Assembly (NCBI GenBank): GCA_016703785.1
Contig: JADJBM010000017.1
Location: 484 to 64,483 of the forward strand
DNA from: Betaproteobacteria bacterium
Lineage (GTDB): Bacteria > Pseudomonadota > Gammaproteobacteria > Burkholderiales > Rhodocyclaceae
Length of the DNA: 64,000 nt
Direction of reading: 5' to 3'
The position numbers were made by a program, and so were the translations under genes. Under the pieces are notes generated by a model, which was not told the origin of the DNA, made no database searches, and worked only from the letters and a program-made list of their open reading frames with translations. Positions 40,101-49,961 of the stretch are shown piece by piece. Each line of letters opens with the position of its first letter. The stretch's first letter is position 1.

Positions 40101-40951
40101 GGACAACCGGGCGCTTTACCGAGATCGTTGGTGGCAGTACGCGGAGCCAAGAAGGAAGCTGACAGCTAATCTCTCGCTGACTCCCCGCTGCTTCATCGCT
40201 GCAGCCACAACCAAATACCTCAACTTCTCTGCCGTGCCGACCAACTACGTTTTCTGCACACGCTCTACGTCTTCACCACCGACCGCTGGGACCTCTACGC
40301 CGTCGTCCAATCCACCCTGCACGAAGTCTGGGCGCGCAAATACAGCGGCGCGCTGAAACACGATTGCGCTACTCACCATCGGATTGCTTCGAGACCTTCC
40401 CCTTCCCGCAAGGTCTCTGGCAAACCGCAAATCCAACTCTTGCAACCCTCGGCGAGCGCTACCACGAACACCGCCGCGCCCTGATGCGCCAGCTCTGGCT
40501 CGGCCTCACCGACATCTACAACCTGTTCCATTCCCGCGACCTCACACCCGCCCAGGTCGCCAAGGTCAGCAAGAAATCCGCCGAAGAAGCCGAAGCCGGC
40601 TACCAGGGCATCCTCGAACTGCGCCGCCTCCACCGCGAACTCGACCTTGCCATCCGAGACGCCTACGGCTGGACCGATCTCGACCTCGGCCACGATTTCA
40701 TTGAAGTCGAAACCCTCCCCGAAAACGACCGCGTCCGCTACACCCTCAGCCCCGCCGCCCGCAAGGAAGTCCTCAAACGCCTTCTGGATATCAACCATCA
40801 GCGCGCCACCGCTGAATCGTTAGCAATGGATGCCATAGCGCCCGCAAAAAAGAAGCACAAAAAAGCGGCAAGTGATGATACTCATCCGGATATGTTCAGC
40901 GATAGCAGATATTCCCCTGGGTCGGGCGCGAGGCTTTCGTCTATGCATTGA
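37139..40951 (+). CDS. drmMI: Large N6-adenine DNA methyltransferase (DrmMI-like, type IIG-like architecture), 6 or more frameshifts
   Basis: Fragments 37139..39073, 38937..40037, 40081..40356 and 40364..40951 join. The GTG start overlaps the upstream stop (GTGA). The AdoMet motif is VADIACGSGHILLAAA. Catalytic NPPY is at 39420-39431 (DCILGNPPYLGGQG). Compensating shifts near 38520 and 38605 restore YTPIVQPLIKHSLDYLIADALKKPDPE. The gene may continue to 41342. Confidence 0.75.
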
Positions 40952-41352
40952 TTCCGCCCTGGGTGCAAGAGAGGCCGGGCAAGCAGTTCGAGTTCTATCG
41001 CGACGCGGCGCTGGCGGCGCTGCAGCGTTGTGCACGTTGGCGGGATGCGCAGGCGCGCGGGCCTCGATTGGCCGTTCCGGATGACCAACCATCCAGCGCG
41101 GCACCGCACCGCGCAAGCAGATCATTAGAACCGATGCGAAGACGGGGGCAACAGCAGTGCAAAGCGTGGCGAGTCTGCCTCCATTACCCAAGGGTCTTGA
41201 ACCCACAATGCCGCTGATCCTGAAGGCGGCGGATAACTTGGACAAGATGCAGCGAGGCGCACTCGAACGTGCCGAAGCAGAAAAACTTGCGTTGACGAAG
41301 GAGGATTTAGCCGCAGAATTCGAGAGGCTAATGGTCGCGTAGGATATATGAC

Positions 41353-43207
41353 TTGATCACAGTAGCCAAAATCAAGGATGCAGATTCACCGCGACTGTGG
41401 CTAAAGCGCATGGTTCTCTTTGCGTCACCAGAAAAGCGAGATGCACCCATCCGCGATATTCCTTTGCACCGTGGGTTGAATATCATCTGGGGCGTCGAAT
41501 TGCCGGATGACGCCGGGATAGATGCGGCTCACCCTGTGACTCTATCCGGACACTCGGTCGGCAAGACAACATGTTGCCGTTTGATACGCTATTGCCTAGG
41601 CGAAACGACATTTGGTAATCCAGCGGCAATGAGTCGCATCAGGAACACATTTCCGGAGTCGTGGGTTGGCATGGAGCTGACCGTAGGCGGTCAGGAGTGG
41701 TTGGTACTCAAACCCATCGGTCGTTCCGGTAACCCCAAAGCAGCACAGGGGATTGCTATCGAGCATCTTTTTGACCTTGATCGCAAACAGAATAATTTCA
41801 GCGTTTTCACGGAACATCTGCATAGCACCATGATGAGCGGGCTTCGAGACAAGCGCCCCTCCCAATTCCGCGAAGTCCTACGAGTGGAAACATCTGCTTG
41901 CATGGCTAACCCCGCGATCAGGAGGCGCGCTTTCAAAGCTTGTATGACTGGCGTTCGCCTCGTAGCGGAGCGGATACGCCAAGATTCGAGAAACCGAAGG
42001 AATATGCTTTGTATCTGATTCGCCTGGTCTTGGACATTGTTCAGGATGAGGAACTGCGTGTTGCCCAGTTGCTTGGCGAAGCTGAGCGCAGGTTAACGCA
42101 ATCTGAATCGCGCATAGCGGAATTACGACAGGAACCGGAGTACGGGCGGACTGAGCAGGAGCGGGCCTTGAAGCAGTTGCTTGGTCTATCGTCTGCGGAT
42201 GCGCTGAATGTTGACGAGCTTGATTTAATGTCCCCCATAGTCATCCGTCGCTCGGTGCTGACAGGCACCATCTCCGCTATTCAGAACGAGATTGACGCAA
42301 TCGATGGACGTATTGCCCTGGAGCGCGTTTGGCTGGCTTCATACGACGAGCAACGTCGTCTTTTTCATGATGTGATGGAAACGACGGATGGGGCAACTGA
42401 GCAGGGGAATCACGAAGAACCGGAAGACGACACGATTCAAAAACTCCGGGCGATAAGAGGGAAAGATTGCACTTACGGCAACATCCCTTTCGGTGAATGT
42501 TCGTATGTACTTGAGCGTTTGGAGAAAACCGACAAGCTAATCAACCTTCCACAAATACGGGAGGATCGGCGCGTAGCTTCGAGACAGAGCGCCGCTTGAG
42601 TATCTTGGATCAGCAGCGCAAGGACCATGACGAGATAGTTGCTCTGCTGGAAGAATTGCGGAAGAAGCTGGAAGGGAACGTTGCTGACAAGCGCACCAAA
42701 GAAGTACGTCTGGCGGAGCAGCGAAATCAACTTCAGCTTCTCGACTACCACCTCGTGCAGTTGCGATCGGCACGGGACTTGATAGCGGGGCGGTCACCCA
42801 ACACGGAACTGGAGAAGGGAAAGCGGCCAGTGCCGCCGAACAACAGGAGGTTATCGAGCTTCAAAAGCAGGAATTACAGCGCTTGCAGGCATCCTATGGA
42901 CAACGCTTGCAGGCAATCGGGAACATATACGATGGCCTGATAAAAAGCGCCTTGTCCGATACCTATTCCGGCGCGCTACAAATGCCGAAGGGCGAATTGC
43001 AGTTCCAGATTGAGGAAGCCACCGGCCTCTCTGGCGAGGCGGTTGAGACCTTGGCCCTCGTGTTAGCCGTATTACTACGACGAGTCGTCCTCCGGAGAAG
43101 CTGCGGCAAGCGATTTGCCTCCAGCTCGAAGCTCATCCACAGACCAACATGCTGTTCGGCTGCGCACTAAGGAATCCGGAATTGCCAGCTACGGGAGATC
43201 TTTTCTG
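41353..43207 (+). CDS. P-loop ABC/SMC-like ATPase with long coiled-coil (DUF2326 / ABC-three-component-like), 4 or more frameshifts
   Basis: Fragments 41353..42018, 41940..42599, 42596..42940 and 42883..43170. N-terminus IPLHRGLNIIWGVELPDDAG...LSGHSVGKTTCCRLIRYCLGETTFG. Long heptad-rich middle region. The likely tail is ...TNMLFG... with TGA 43206-43208 overlapping the next ATG. Confidence 0.55.
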
Positions 43208-43450
43208 ATGACCGCGCCACTGAATCGGGACATCAATTCGCGCTTCGAAGACTGGCTCATCAGTCCAACCGAGACCCTCGACTTCGAGGTCAAGGGCTGG
43301 CTCGATCTGAGTGATGCCGAGGCGCGTGGCGCGGTGGCGAAAGCACTTATCGCACCGGAAAACCACGGCGGCGGATTCCTGCTGATTGGGTTTGCCGAAG
43401 ACCAGGAACGACTGATCCAGGATCCGCAACGCCCTGCAAGTCTCGCTTAG
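43208..43450 (+). pseudogene. AlbA_2-like domain fragment (ends at TAG; the frame stays open beyond it)
   Basis: MTAPLNRDINSRFEDWLISPTETLDFEVKGWLDLSDAEARGAVAKALIAPENHGGGFLLIGFAED. After TAG 43448-43450 the same frame reads YRTDEINAIIKKCADWQNPEQRQFNG before stopping. Confidence 0.4.
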
Positions 43451-43643
43451 TACAGGACGGATGAGATCAATGCGATTATCAAGAAGTGCGCTGACTGGCA
43501 GAATCCTGAGCAACGCCAGTTCAATGGGTAGCCAGACAGGTAGCCAGGAGGAAACATGAAGACGAAACACCGCGCCAGTACTGGCATTCCGCCATTCTTC
43601 AACCTTACCTTCTGCAACCTGTAGGTTTTGTTTCGACGGACTC

Positions 43644-43829
43644 GTGACGAAGACACCTGCTCCGCGCATTGTCATCTGTCTGCTGCGGCAAGCCGGTGCC
43701 GTGGATTCCGGCCGCGCCTTCCGCCCCTTCTGTTCCGAGCGCTGCCGCAACGTCGACCTGGGCGCCTGGGCGGCGGAGGGTATCGCGTGCCCGAAGCAGA
43801 GCAAGCCGCTCCCGGACGAGCAACAGTAA
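43644..43829 (+). CDS. yacG: DNA gyrase inhibitor YacG (zinc finger), with compensating indels in the first Cys pair
   Basis: FRPFCSERCRNVDLGAWAAEGIA is the YacG signature. The upstream CxxC is recoverable only in a neighbouring frame, as CCGKPVPW. Confidence 0.7.
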   Translation: MTKTPAPRIVICLLRQAGAVDSGRAFRPFCSERCRNVDLGAWAAEGIACPKQSKPLPDEQQ

Positions 43830-43830
43830 C

Positions 43831-44771
43831 TCAATCCCACGCCGCGCGGACGGCCGATCGCGCGATACCGTGCGTGCGCCGGCCTGCTGCGCGGTGTCCA
43901 GATCCTCCGCCGCATGCCGCCGAGCGCGAATACCGGCAAGGGCATGTTTTCCAGCAGTTGCGCGAAGCGTTTCCAGCCGAGGCCGCCGATGCCGGGATGG
44001 CTCAACGTATCGCGCACCGTTCCCAGCACCGCGAAATCCAGTTCCAGCGCAGCGGCGCGTGCCAGTTCCGCAGCGTGATGACAGGACGCCGCCACCAGCG
44101 GCAATTCAGGCCACACCTCCATTTTGCATCAGTTGTGCGCTGGGCGGTTGCACACCGTCGCGCCGACATGCAGCGCCAGCGCGGCATCGCCGTTGATCAG
44201 CACGCGTGCGCCATGGGCGTGCGCCAGCCGATGTCGCCTCGCGCGCAGGCCTCCCGCCGCTCGACCTTTAACAGCGGCTCGCGGATCTGCACAAGTCGCA
44301 AGCCAGCGGCCGGTGCCCGCCGCAGCTTTCCATCTGCGCCGCAACGCCGGTCTCGCCGGCATGGGTGATGGCGTAGAAATCCGGCAAAGTCAGCCCCCGC
44401 AGCACGGCGAGGTTGGCCGGCAGCAGCGGCGCCACATCGACGTTGTCGGCGCGCCGCCACGCCAACGCCGAATGATGGATGTCGCGGATCTCGCCGTGCC
44501 AGCCGGAGACGCGGAAGAAATGCAGCCGCACGTGGGCGTGCGGATAAACGAACTCGCGGGTGATCCACGGCGTATAGCGATCCGCCTCGATGCCGAGCTC
44601 TTCGTGCAGCTCGCGCACGAGCGCCTGCGCCGCGGTCTCGCCCGGCTCGATCTTGCCGCCGGGGAATTCCCAGTAGCCGGCGTAGGGCTTGCCCTCGGGC
44701 CGCTGGCCCAGCAGGAAGCTGCCGTCGGGCTGCAGGATGACGGCAGCGGCGGCTTCGACAATGCGCGTCAT
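43831..44771 (-). CDS. mutT: Nudix hydrolase (MutT-like) fused to a ThiE-like domain (3 or more frameshifts)
   Basis: MTRIVEAAAAVILQPDGSFLLGQRPEGKPYAGYWEFPGGKIEPGETAAQALVRELHEELGI carries the Nudix box. Downstream fragments read LRLVQIREP, ARVLINGDAALALHVGA, VAASCHHAAELARAAALELDFAVLGTV and PVFALGGM. Confidence 0.75.
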
Positions 44772-45636
44772 TTCTTGCGGATGCCGTGCTGCCCCGCATA
44801 GTCGCGCGCGAACTGCCAGGCGATGCGGCCGCTGCGCGAACCGCGCATGAGCGCCCACTGCAGCTCCTCTCACGTGCCGCCGCGATGACGGCGGCGGGCG
44901 CCGTATTCGCGCAGCCGGTGATCGGCAATGGCGAGGTAGGCGTCCTGGTCGAAGGGATAGAAGGACAGCCACAGGCCGGAAGCGCCCCGACACGGAGATC
45001 TTTTCCCCGATGGTCCCGCCGGGATGGATCTCTCCGTCGACGTGCTTCGTTTCCAGATTCTCCTGCATGTACTCCGGCATCAGGTGGCGCCGGTTCGAGG
45101 TGGCGTAGAGCAGCACGTTGTCCGGCGTGCTCGCCACCGAGCCGTCGAGGATGCTCTTCAGCGCCTTGTAGCCGGGCTCGCTCGCTTCGAAGGACAGGTC
45201 GTAGCAGAAAATGATGAAGCGCTCCCGCGGCCGTCCGGTCAGCTCGACGATGTCTGGCAGGTCGATAGGTCGTTCTTGTCCCCCTCGATCCAGGCGCAGC
45301 CCCTTTGCCGCGTAGCGGTTGAGCAGCGCCTTCACCGGCGGCTCTTCCCCGTGCCACGCGCGCCGGTGAGCAGCACGTTGTTGGCGCTGTGTCCCTCGAC
45401 GAACTGCCGCGTGTTGCGCTCGATGCGCTTCTTCTGCTCGTCGATGTTGCGCAGGTCCTGCAGGCGGATGCGGTGAGGCCGGGCGACCGGCTCAAGATAG
45501 CCGCGGCCGCCCGCTGCGCCAGCGGAACGCCAATCGGGGAGCCTTCAGTCGGGCGCAGCCGCTCCTGCCGGCAAAGAGGATTCGACGCTGCGACAGGAGC
45601 TTCGGCGCGGGCAATCAGGCGGGAGAGGTCATCCAT
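44768..45636 (-). CDS. DUF815-family AAA-like ATP-binding protein (4 or more frameshifts)
   Basis: Fragments read MDDLSRLIARAE..., RIRLQDLRNIDEQKKRIERNTRQFVEGHSANNVLLTGARGTGKSS, RFIIFCYDLSFEASEPGYKALKSILDGSVASTPDNVLLYATSNRRHLMPEYMQEN and GLWLSFYPFDQDAYLAIADH. Its stop overlaps the mutT ATG (ATGA). Confidence 0.7.
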
Positions 45637-45679
45637 TTCGATTGTTATACTGGCGAAAAATCCGACTTTAGCGAAATTC

Positions 45680-46911
45680 ATGCCGACACGCCAACTCGCA
45701 ACTGCACTTCTCGCAATCGTTGTCGTCCTCGCCGGCTGCGCCACGCAGCCCTGACCGCCAAGCCCGAAGCGACTCAGCTTGCCCGTCCCGCGCCGCAGCC
45801 CTGCCCCGCCTGCCCGGTGTGCCCGAGCGTCGAGCCGCCCATGCCACCCAAACCGCCGGCCAAGCCGCTGCAGGAAGCACGCTGGGAGGACATCGCCGGC
45901 TGGGGCGAGGACAACCTCGCCGAAGCACACGGCGCACTGCTCGAATCCTGCGGCGCCCTCTCAAAAGCAGACTGTCTGGCGCGGTGTCTGCGACGAGGCG
46001 CGCGCGCTGCCCGCCGAGACCGCGGCACTGCGCAGCTTTTTCGAAAGCCGCTTCCGTCCTGGCGCGTGACCAATGCCGACGAATCCCGCGACGGACTCGT
46101 CACCGGCTACCGGGCCCCCTGCTCAAGGGCAGCCGTGAGCGCACCAGGCTCAACCGGCACGCCATCTACGGCGTGCCCGACGATTACTCGTGGTGGACCT
46201 CGGCGGGCTGTATCCGAGTTGAAGAACTACCGCGCCTGCGCGGCGCATCGATGGCCGCAAGGTGGTGCCTACTAGTCGCGCGCCGAACTGGGGCAGCAGG
46301 AGGAACAGCTTGCCGGCAAGGCGCTGTTCTGGGTGGCCAGATCCGATCGAACTGTTCTTCCTGCAGGTGCAGAGCTCCGGCCGCGTGGACCTGCCCGATG
46401 GCAGCCGTGCGCCCGTCGGCTATGCCGACCAGAACAGCCATCCTACACCTCCATCAGGCGCTGGCTGGTGGAGAAGGGCGAATTGAAACTGGAGCAGGCC
46501 TCCATGCAGGGAATCCAGGCCTGGGCGCGGGCCAATCCGCAGCGCCTGAATGAAATGCTCAACACCAACCCGAGCTTCGTCTTCTTCCGCGCACTGCCGG
46601 ACAACGGCGGTGGCCCGCTCCAGCGCGCTCGGCGTGCCGCTCGCTCAGGGCGCAGCATTGCCCGTCGACCCGCGCGCCGTGCCACTCCGGTGCGCCGGTG
46701 TTCTGCCACCACCCATCCGAACAGCGACAAGCCGCTGCGCCGCCTCGTGCTGGCGCAGGACACCGGCGGCGCCATCAAGAGCGCGGTACGCGCCGACTTC
46801 TTCTGGGGCTTCGGCGCCGAGGCTGGTGCGCACGCGGGGCGCATGCGCCAGCGCGGCGAAATGTGGGCGCTGCTGCCGAACGGCTACGTGCCGAACAACT
46901 CCTCGAAGTAG
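45680..46911 (+). CDS. mltA: Membrane-bound lytic murein transglycosylase A (6 or more frameshifts)
   Basis: Lipoprotein signal MPTRQLATALLAIVVVLAGC. Fragments read ARWEDIAGWGEDNL, DGLVTGY, HAIYGVPDD and FFLQVQSSGRVDLPDGS. Further fragments read RWLVEKGELKLEQASMQGIQAWARANPQRLNEMLNTNPSFVFFR and LVLAQDTGGAIKSAVRADFFWGFGAEAG. Confidence 0.75.
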
Positions 46912-46931
46912 TGCGTACGCCGCACGGGCGC

Positions 46932-46978
46932 GCACCGGCCCGGTGCGTGAAGCGTGCGCTGCCGCACCGCAATGGTGC
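46932..46978. promoter_or_regulatory. Two NtrC-type enhancer palindromes (GCACC-N5-GGTGC)
   Basis: gcaccggcccggtgc at 46932-46946 and gcaccgcaatggtgc at 46964-46978. They lie about 55-100 nt upstream of the -24/-12 element. Confidence 0.55.
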
Positions 46979-47030
46979 GGCGTGTTGTGCGGGCTGACGC
47001 TAATCCCCTGATTCGACGTTCCAATTGCTC

Positions 47031-47046
47031 TGGAACGGATTTTGCA
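47031..47046 (+). promoter_or_regulatory. Sigma-54 (-24/-12) promoter of amt
   Basis: TGGAAC-ggatt-TTGCA matches TGGCAC-N5-TTGCW. It lies 34 nt upstream of ATG 47080. Confidence 0.65.
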
Positions 47047-47079
47047 CCTATTGTGCTCATTTTATTTCTGGAGCGCACC

Positions 47080-48283
47080 ATGGAACCCGTTGCGATCACG
47101 TCCGCCGACGTCCTCTTCGTCCTGCTCGGCGCCATCATGATTCTGGCCATGCATGCCGGCTTCGCCTTCCTCGAGCTCGGCACGGTGCGCAGGAAGAACC
47201 AGGTGAATGCGCTGGTGAAGATCATGGTGGATTTCGCCGTGTCGACCATCGCCTACTTCTTCATCGGCTACGGCGTCGCCTACGGCGTGCATTTCTTCGC
47301 CGGCGCAGAGACGCTGGCGCAGAAGAACGGCTACGACCTGGTGAAGTTCTTCTTCCTGCTCACCTTCGCCGCCGCCATCCCGGCCATCGTCTCCGGCGGC
47401 ATTGCCGAGCGCGCGAAATTCAACCCCCAGATGGCCGCGACCTTCCTGCTCGTCGGCTTCGTCTATCCCTTCTTCGAGGGCATCGCCTGGAACCAGGCCT
47501 ACGGCATCCAGGCCTGGCTGAAGGCCACCTTTGGCGAGGAGTTCCACGACTTCGCCGGCTCGGTGGTGGTGCATGCGGTGGGCGGCTGGGTCGGGCTGGT
47601 TGCCGTGCTCATGCTCGGCGCTCGGCGCGGCCGCTACAACAAGGACGGCGGCATCTCGGCGCATCCGCCCTCGAGCATCCCCTTCCTCGCGCTCGGCGCC
47701 TGGGTGCTCACCGTCGGCTGGTTCGGCTTCAACGTCATGAGCGCGCAAATGCTCGACAAGATCAGCGGGCTGGTGGCGATGAACTCCTCATGGCGATGGT
47801 CGGCGGAACGCTGGCGCGCTGATCGCCGGCAGGAACGACCCGGGCTTCGTGCACAACGGCCCGCTCGCCGGCCTGGTGGCGGTATGCGCCGGCTCCGACC
47901 TCATGCACCCCCTCGGCGCCCTGGTGACGGGCGGCGTGGCGGGCGCATTGTTCGTCTACCTCTTCACGCTGACGCAGAACCGCTGGAAGATCGACGACGT
48001 GCTCGGCGTGTGGCCGCTGCACGGCCTGTGCGGCGCCTGGGGCGGCATCGCCGCCGGCATCTTCGGCGCCAAGGCGCTCGGCGGCCTGGGCGGCGTCGCC
48101 TTCATGTCGCAGCTCGCCGGCACGCTGCTCGGCATCGCCGTCGCCGTCCTCGGCAGCCTGATCGTCTACAGCCTGTTGAAGAAGGCCTTCGGCCTGCGCC
48201 TCGACGCCGAGGAGGAATTCAACGGCGCCGATCTCTCCATCCACAAGATCTCTTCGACTGCGGAGCGCGAGACGTTGTGGTGA
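47080..48283 (+). CDS. amt: Ammonium transporter (Amt family), two frameshifts near 47790-47830
   Basis: ORFs 46954..48297 (from Met 47080), 47025..47822 and 47849..48283. Sequences include FAFLELGTVRRKNQVNAL, AAIPAIVSGGIAERAKF, FAGSVVVHAVGGWVGL, LTVGWFGFN, FVHNGPLAGLVAV and DDVLGVWPLHGLCGAWGGI. Confidence 0.9.
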
Positions 48284-48318
48284 TTCGGCAGAGGTAACAA
48301 CACAGCTTGTTGAGAATA

Positions 48319-48350
48319 CTGAAGGCCCGCAATGCGGGCCTTCAGTATTT
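48319..48350 (+). terminator. Rho-independent terminator of amt
   Basis: ctgaaggcccgc aat gcgggccttcag is a perfect 12-bp stem, followed by tatttgt. Confidence 0.8.
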
Positions 48351-48663
48351 GTGAATCGCGAGCATTGGTAATGGTAGCTTGCGACCCAAAGCGTCGTTCC
48401 CGCGAAAGCGGAATCCATATGCGTGTAAATAACGATACTGGCTTCCGGGTTCCGCTTCGCGGCCCCGGAATGACGGCTCATGGCCGCTTGTTCTCCTTCC
48501 GTCATTCTCATCGCCGTATTCCAGCGGCTGACTTTCCCGGGCAAATCCATTTCATTAGACAGGGGACGTTCGAAACTGCTTAGGCAACGCTCTTCTTGCG
48601 CATGGCCTAGAATGAAGGCGGCGATGCGGCCCCATTCTGGACCGCACCGAATTCGGGAATCCC

Positions 48664-49008
48664 ATGACCACGCTGGAAAACCTGCTCAAGCTCGTCGGCA
48701 CGCCGCGCGACGGCGCCTTGCTGCGCTACTCGCTGGGCAACGAACTCCTCAAGGCCGGAGATGCGGCGCAGGCCGTTGTTCATCTGCGCGTGGCGGTGGG
48801 CGAGGATCCGAAGTACTCCGCAGCATGGAAGCTGCTTGGCAAGGCCCTGGTTGACGCTGGCCAGCCTGAGGAAGCGCTGGCGGCGTATCGCCAGGGCATT
48901 ACGGTGGCAGAGGCGCGGGGCGATATCCAGGCGGCGAAGGAAATGAAGGTGTTCGCCCGGCGCATCGAGCGCGCCGGCGGTACGACCGGGGATGTCTCCG
49001 GGCCCTGA
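48664..49008 (+). CDS. Small TPR-like protein (114 aa)
   Basis: RYSLGNELLKAGDAAQAVVHLRVAVGEDPKYSAAWKLLGKALVDAGQPEEALAAYRQGI. Confidence 0.65.
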   Translation: MTTLENLLKLVGTPRDGALLRYSLGNELLKAGDAAQAVVHLRVAVGEDPKYSAAWKLLGKALVDAGQPEEALAAYRQGITVAEARGDIQAAKEMKVFARRIERAGGTTGDVSGP

Positions 49009-49029
49009 CATCATGCGGCGATCGTCGCT

Positions 49030-49920
49030 TTGCCATTCATCGGAGGAATCATGCCTGTCACAACCCGCAGCCTGAACAGGCTCCTGCTCGCAGCAGCGTT
49101 CTGCGCGATCGCCGCGCACGTGCCGGCGTACGGGCAGGCCGCGGACGCGCTGGCGGGCGATCCGAACCTGGCGCATCCCAACCAGGTGGTCACCGTTGCG
49201 GTCGGGAGCCATGCCATTTCCGGCCTCGTGACGCATCTGCGCGACGCCACGACCTTCAAGTACGGCGTCGTCCTGTTTCCCGGCTATCCGGGCATCATGC
49301 GCCTGCGCGAAGAAGGCGGCATGCCGCGCTTCGATCTGCGCGGCAACTTCCTCGTGCGCTCGCGACGGCACTGGCTGGACGAGGAAACGCTGGCCGTGGC
49401 GGTGGATGCGCCTTCCGACCAGTGGGCGACGTTCTCGCAGACCTTTCGCGAAACGCCGCGCTACGGCGCGGACGTGGCCGCCCTGGTGAAGGAACTCGCG
49501 CGCCGCCACGGCGTGCAGGACTGGACCTTCGTCGGCACGAGCGAGGGGTCGGTCAGCGCCTATCATGCGGCGCGCCAGAATCCCGATTTGGCGCGGCGCC
49601 TGATCCTGACGGCGTCGCTGTTCCAGGACTCGCGCATCGGGCCGGGATTGTCCGGCGTTTCGTGGGACGGCCTGCAGGGACGCCTGCTCTGGGTGCATCA
49701 CGAGGCGGATCCCTGCGAGTACACCGCCTACAAGGACGCGAAGCGGTTCGCCGAGATAAGCCGCAGCCCGCTGCTCACCGTGCGGGGCGGCGATCCCGGC
49801 CGAGGCGATGCCTGCATGGCGTACACCGCCCACGGCTTTGTCGGCATGGAACAGCAAACGGTGGAGGCCATGCGGTCCTGGGTGAAAAGCGGGGCGGTTC
49901 CGCCCGACGTGGCCCGCTGA
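49030..49920 (+). CDS. Secreted alpha/beta-fold hydrolase
   Basis: Signal LNRLLLAAAFCAIAAHVPAYG (the start may be Met 49051). Nucleophile-elbow-like WTFVGTSEGSVSA. No frame breaks. Confidence 0.6.
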   Translation: MPFIGGIMPVTTRSLNRLLLAAAFCAIAAHVPAYGQAADALAGDPNLAHPNQVVTVAVGSHAISGLVTHLRDATTFKYGVVLFPGYPGIMRLREEGGMPRFDLRGNFLVRSRRHWLDEETLAVAVDAPSDQWATFSQTFRETPRYGADVAALVKELARRHGVQDWTFVGTSEGSVSAYHAARQNPDLARRLILTASLFQDSRIGPGLSGVSWDGLQGRLLWVHHEADPCEYTAYKDAKRFAEISRSPLLTVRGGDPGRGDACMAYTAHGFVGMEQQTVEAMRSWVKSGAVPPDVAR

Positions 49921-49961
49921 GCGAATCCGAATCGAGGCAGCGTTTTCCGGAGGAGGTGTCG

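Noticed and set aside
48385-48510. REP/MITE-like cluster of CGTC(A/G)TTCC motifs in alternating orientation. The copies are cgtcgttcccgcgaaagcggaatcc at 48392-48416, ccggaatgacgg at 48466-48477 and ccgtcattctc at 48499-48509. They lie in the 300 bp gap after the amt terminator.
   Set aside because: It looks like a dispersed palindromic element family, but only this one locus is visible in the window. Copy number and family membership therefore cannot be supported here. A genome-wide search for the motif would settle it.
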